From the NCBI RefSeq assembly GCF_018350175.1, contig NC_058368.1:73346001-73410000 (forward strand): 64,000 nucleotides of DNA. The letters run 5' to 3'. Each line of letters opens with the position of its first letter. The first letter of the stretch is position 1. Origin of the DNA: Felis catus. Its lineage: Eukaryota. The notes under the pieces are model-generated. The model did not search any database, had not been told where the DNA came from, and was given only the letters and a program-made list of their open reading frames with translations. Below, piece after piece: positions 63,411 through 64,000 of the stretch. Both the position numbers and the translations under genes were made by a program.

Positions 63411-64000
63411 CTTGCAACATGAAATGGAATCACCCTCAAAAGATCCAGAAAATGCCTCCAGCAGAATAAAGGCTGTCCTCTATGGTATCCAGTTGCTGTG
63501 ATGTAGTTTGAAATGTAGACGTATTTCACTTTAAAAAGAAGTGAGGATTGGGTAGGTGGGGTTTTGTACAGACCTGCAAACTTTCTTTGTGCTCATTAGC
63601 CAAAGTCCTGTCTGTGGCTGAGGAGTGAACTGTCCCGGACCCTGCTTCCAGCAGCTGGAAACAACATAGGACTCTACCAAGAGAAGACAGAACATCTAAC
63701 TAGAAGGGAGGTGAGTTAAATGCCTTAACGTTGCATTTGGGGTATTTAGTTGGGGCCCCAGGGGAAACCAGGAAAAACTTTTCCAAGAAGAATGCAAACC
63801 ATTGCAATTTATTGCGTTGAAAAAGAAGGGGGCAGTTACAAAGGAAAGAGGAAAATCGTGTGCTCATTTGGGAAGCCTCAAACCCTTAAAATAGAATATA
63901 GGGCATGTAAATCAAACCCTTGGGCAAATGGGAATCAAACAAGCGCTCGCAATTTATGAGGGGTTACGTTTAGCCGGCGAGCTGAACGAACGGTGGTTTG

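Overview
Mammalian genomic DNA from a felid (many CAN-SINE/SINEC_Fc-type insertions), containing two convergent spliced genes. Plus strand: TPP2 (tripeptidyl-peptidase II), from exon 6 (926) to the stop codon (45193) and 3'UTR. I traced every visible exon by hand, and the splice phases join in frame. Minus strand: complete METTL21C (4 coding exons, 61132 to 53050, 262 aa). Introns and the ~8 kb intergenic region hold about 25 carnivore SINEs, L1/L2/MIR remnants, MER33, MER58 and Tigger2-type DNA elements, microsatellites and a 21-bp minisatellite. Nearly all ORFs in the supplied track are spurious or exon read-through. Most notable observations: (1) the three N-runs fall on expected TPP2 exons (14 and 29 supported by phase or visible codons, the alternative 39-nt exon 24 inferred); (2) TPP2 intron 19 looks U12-like; (3) a MEF2/MCAT/E-box cluster lies in METTL21C intron 1; (4) a (TC)17 microsatellite forms an exon's polypyrimidine tract; (5) the minisatellite has higher-order structure. 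I found no convincing evidence of a wholly new biological system. Exon numbers and residue numbers follow my recollection of human TPP2 and METTL21C.
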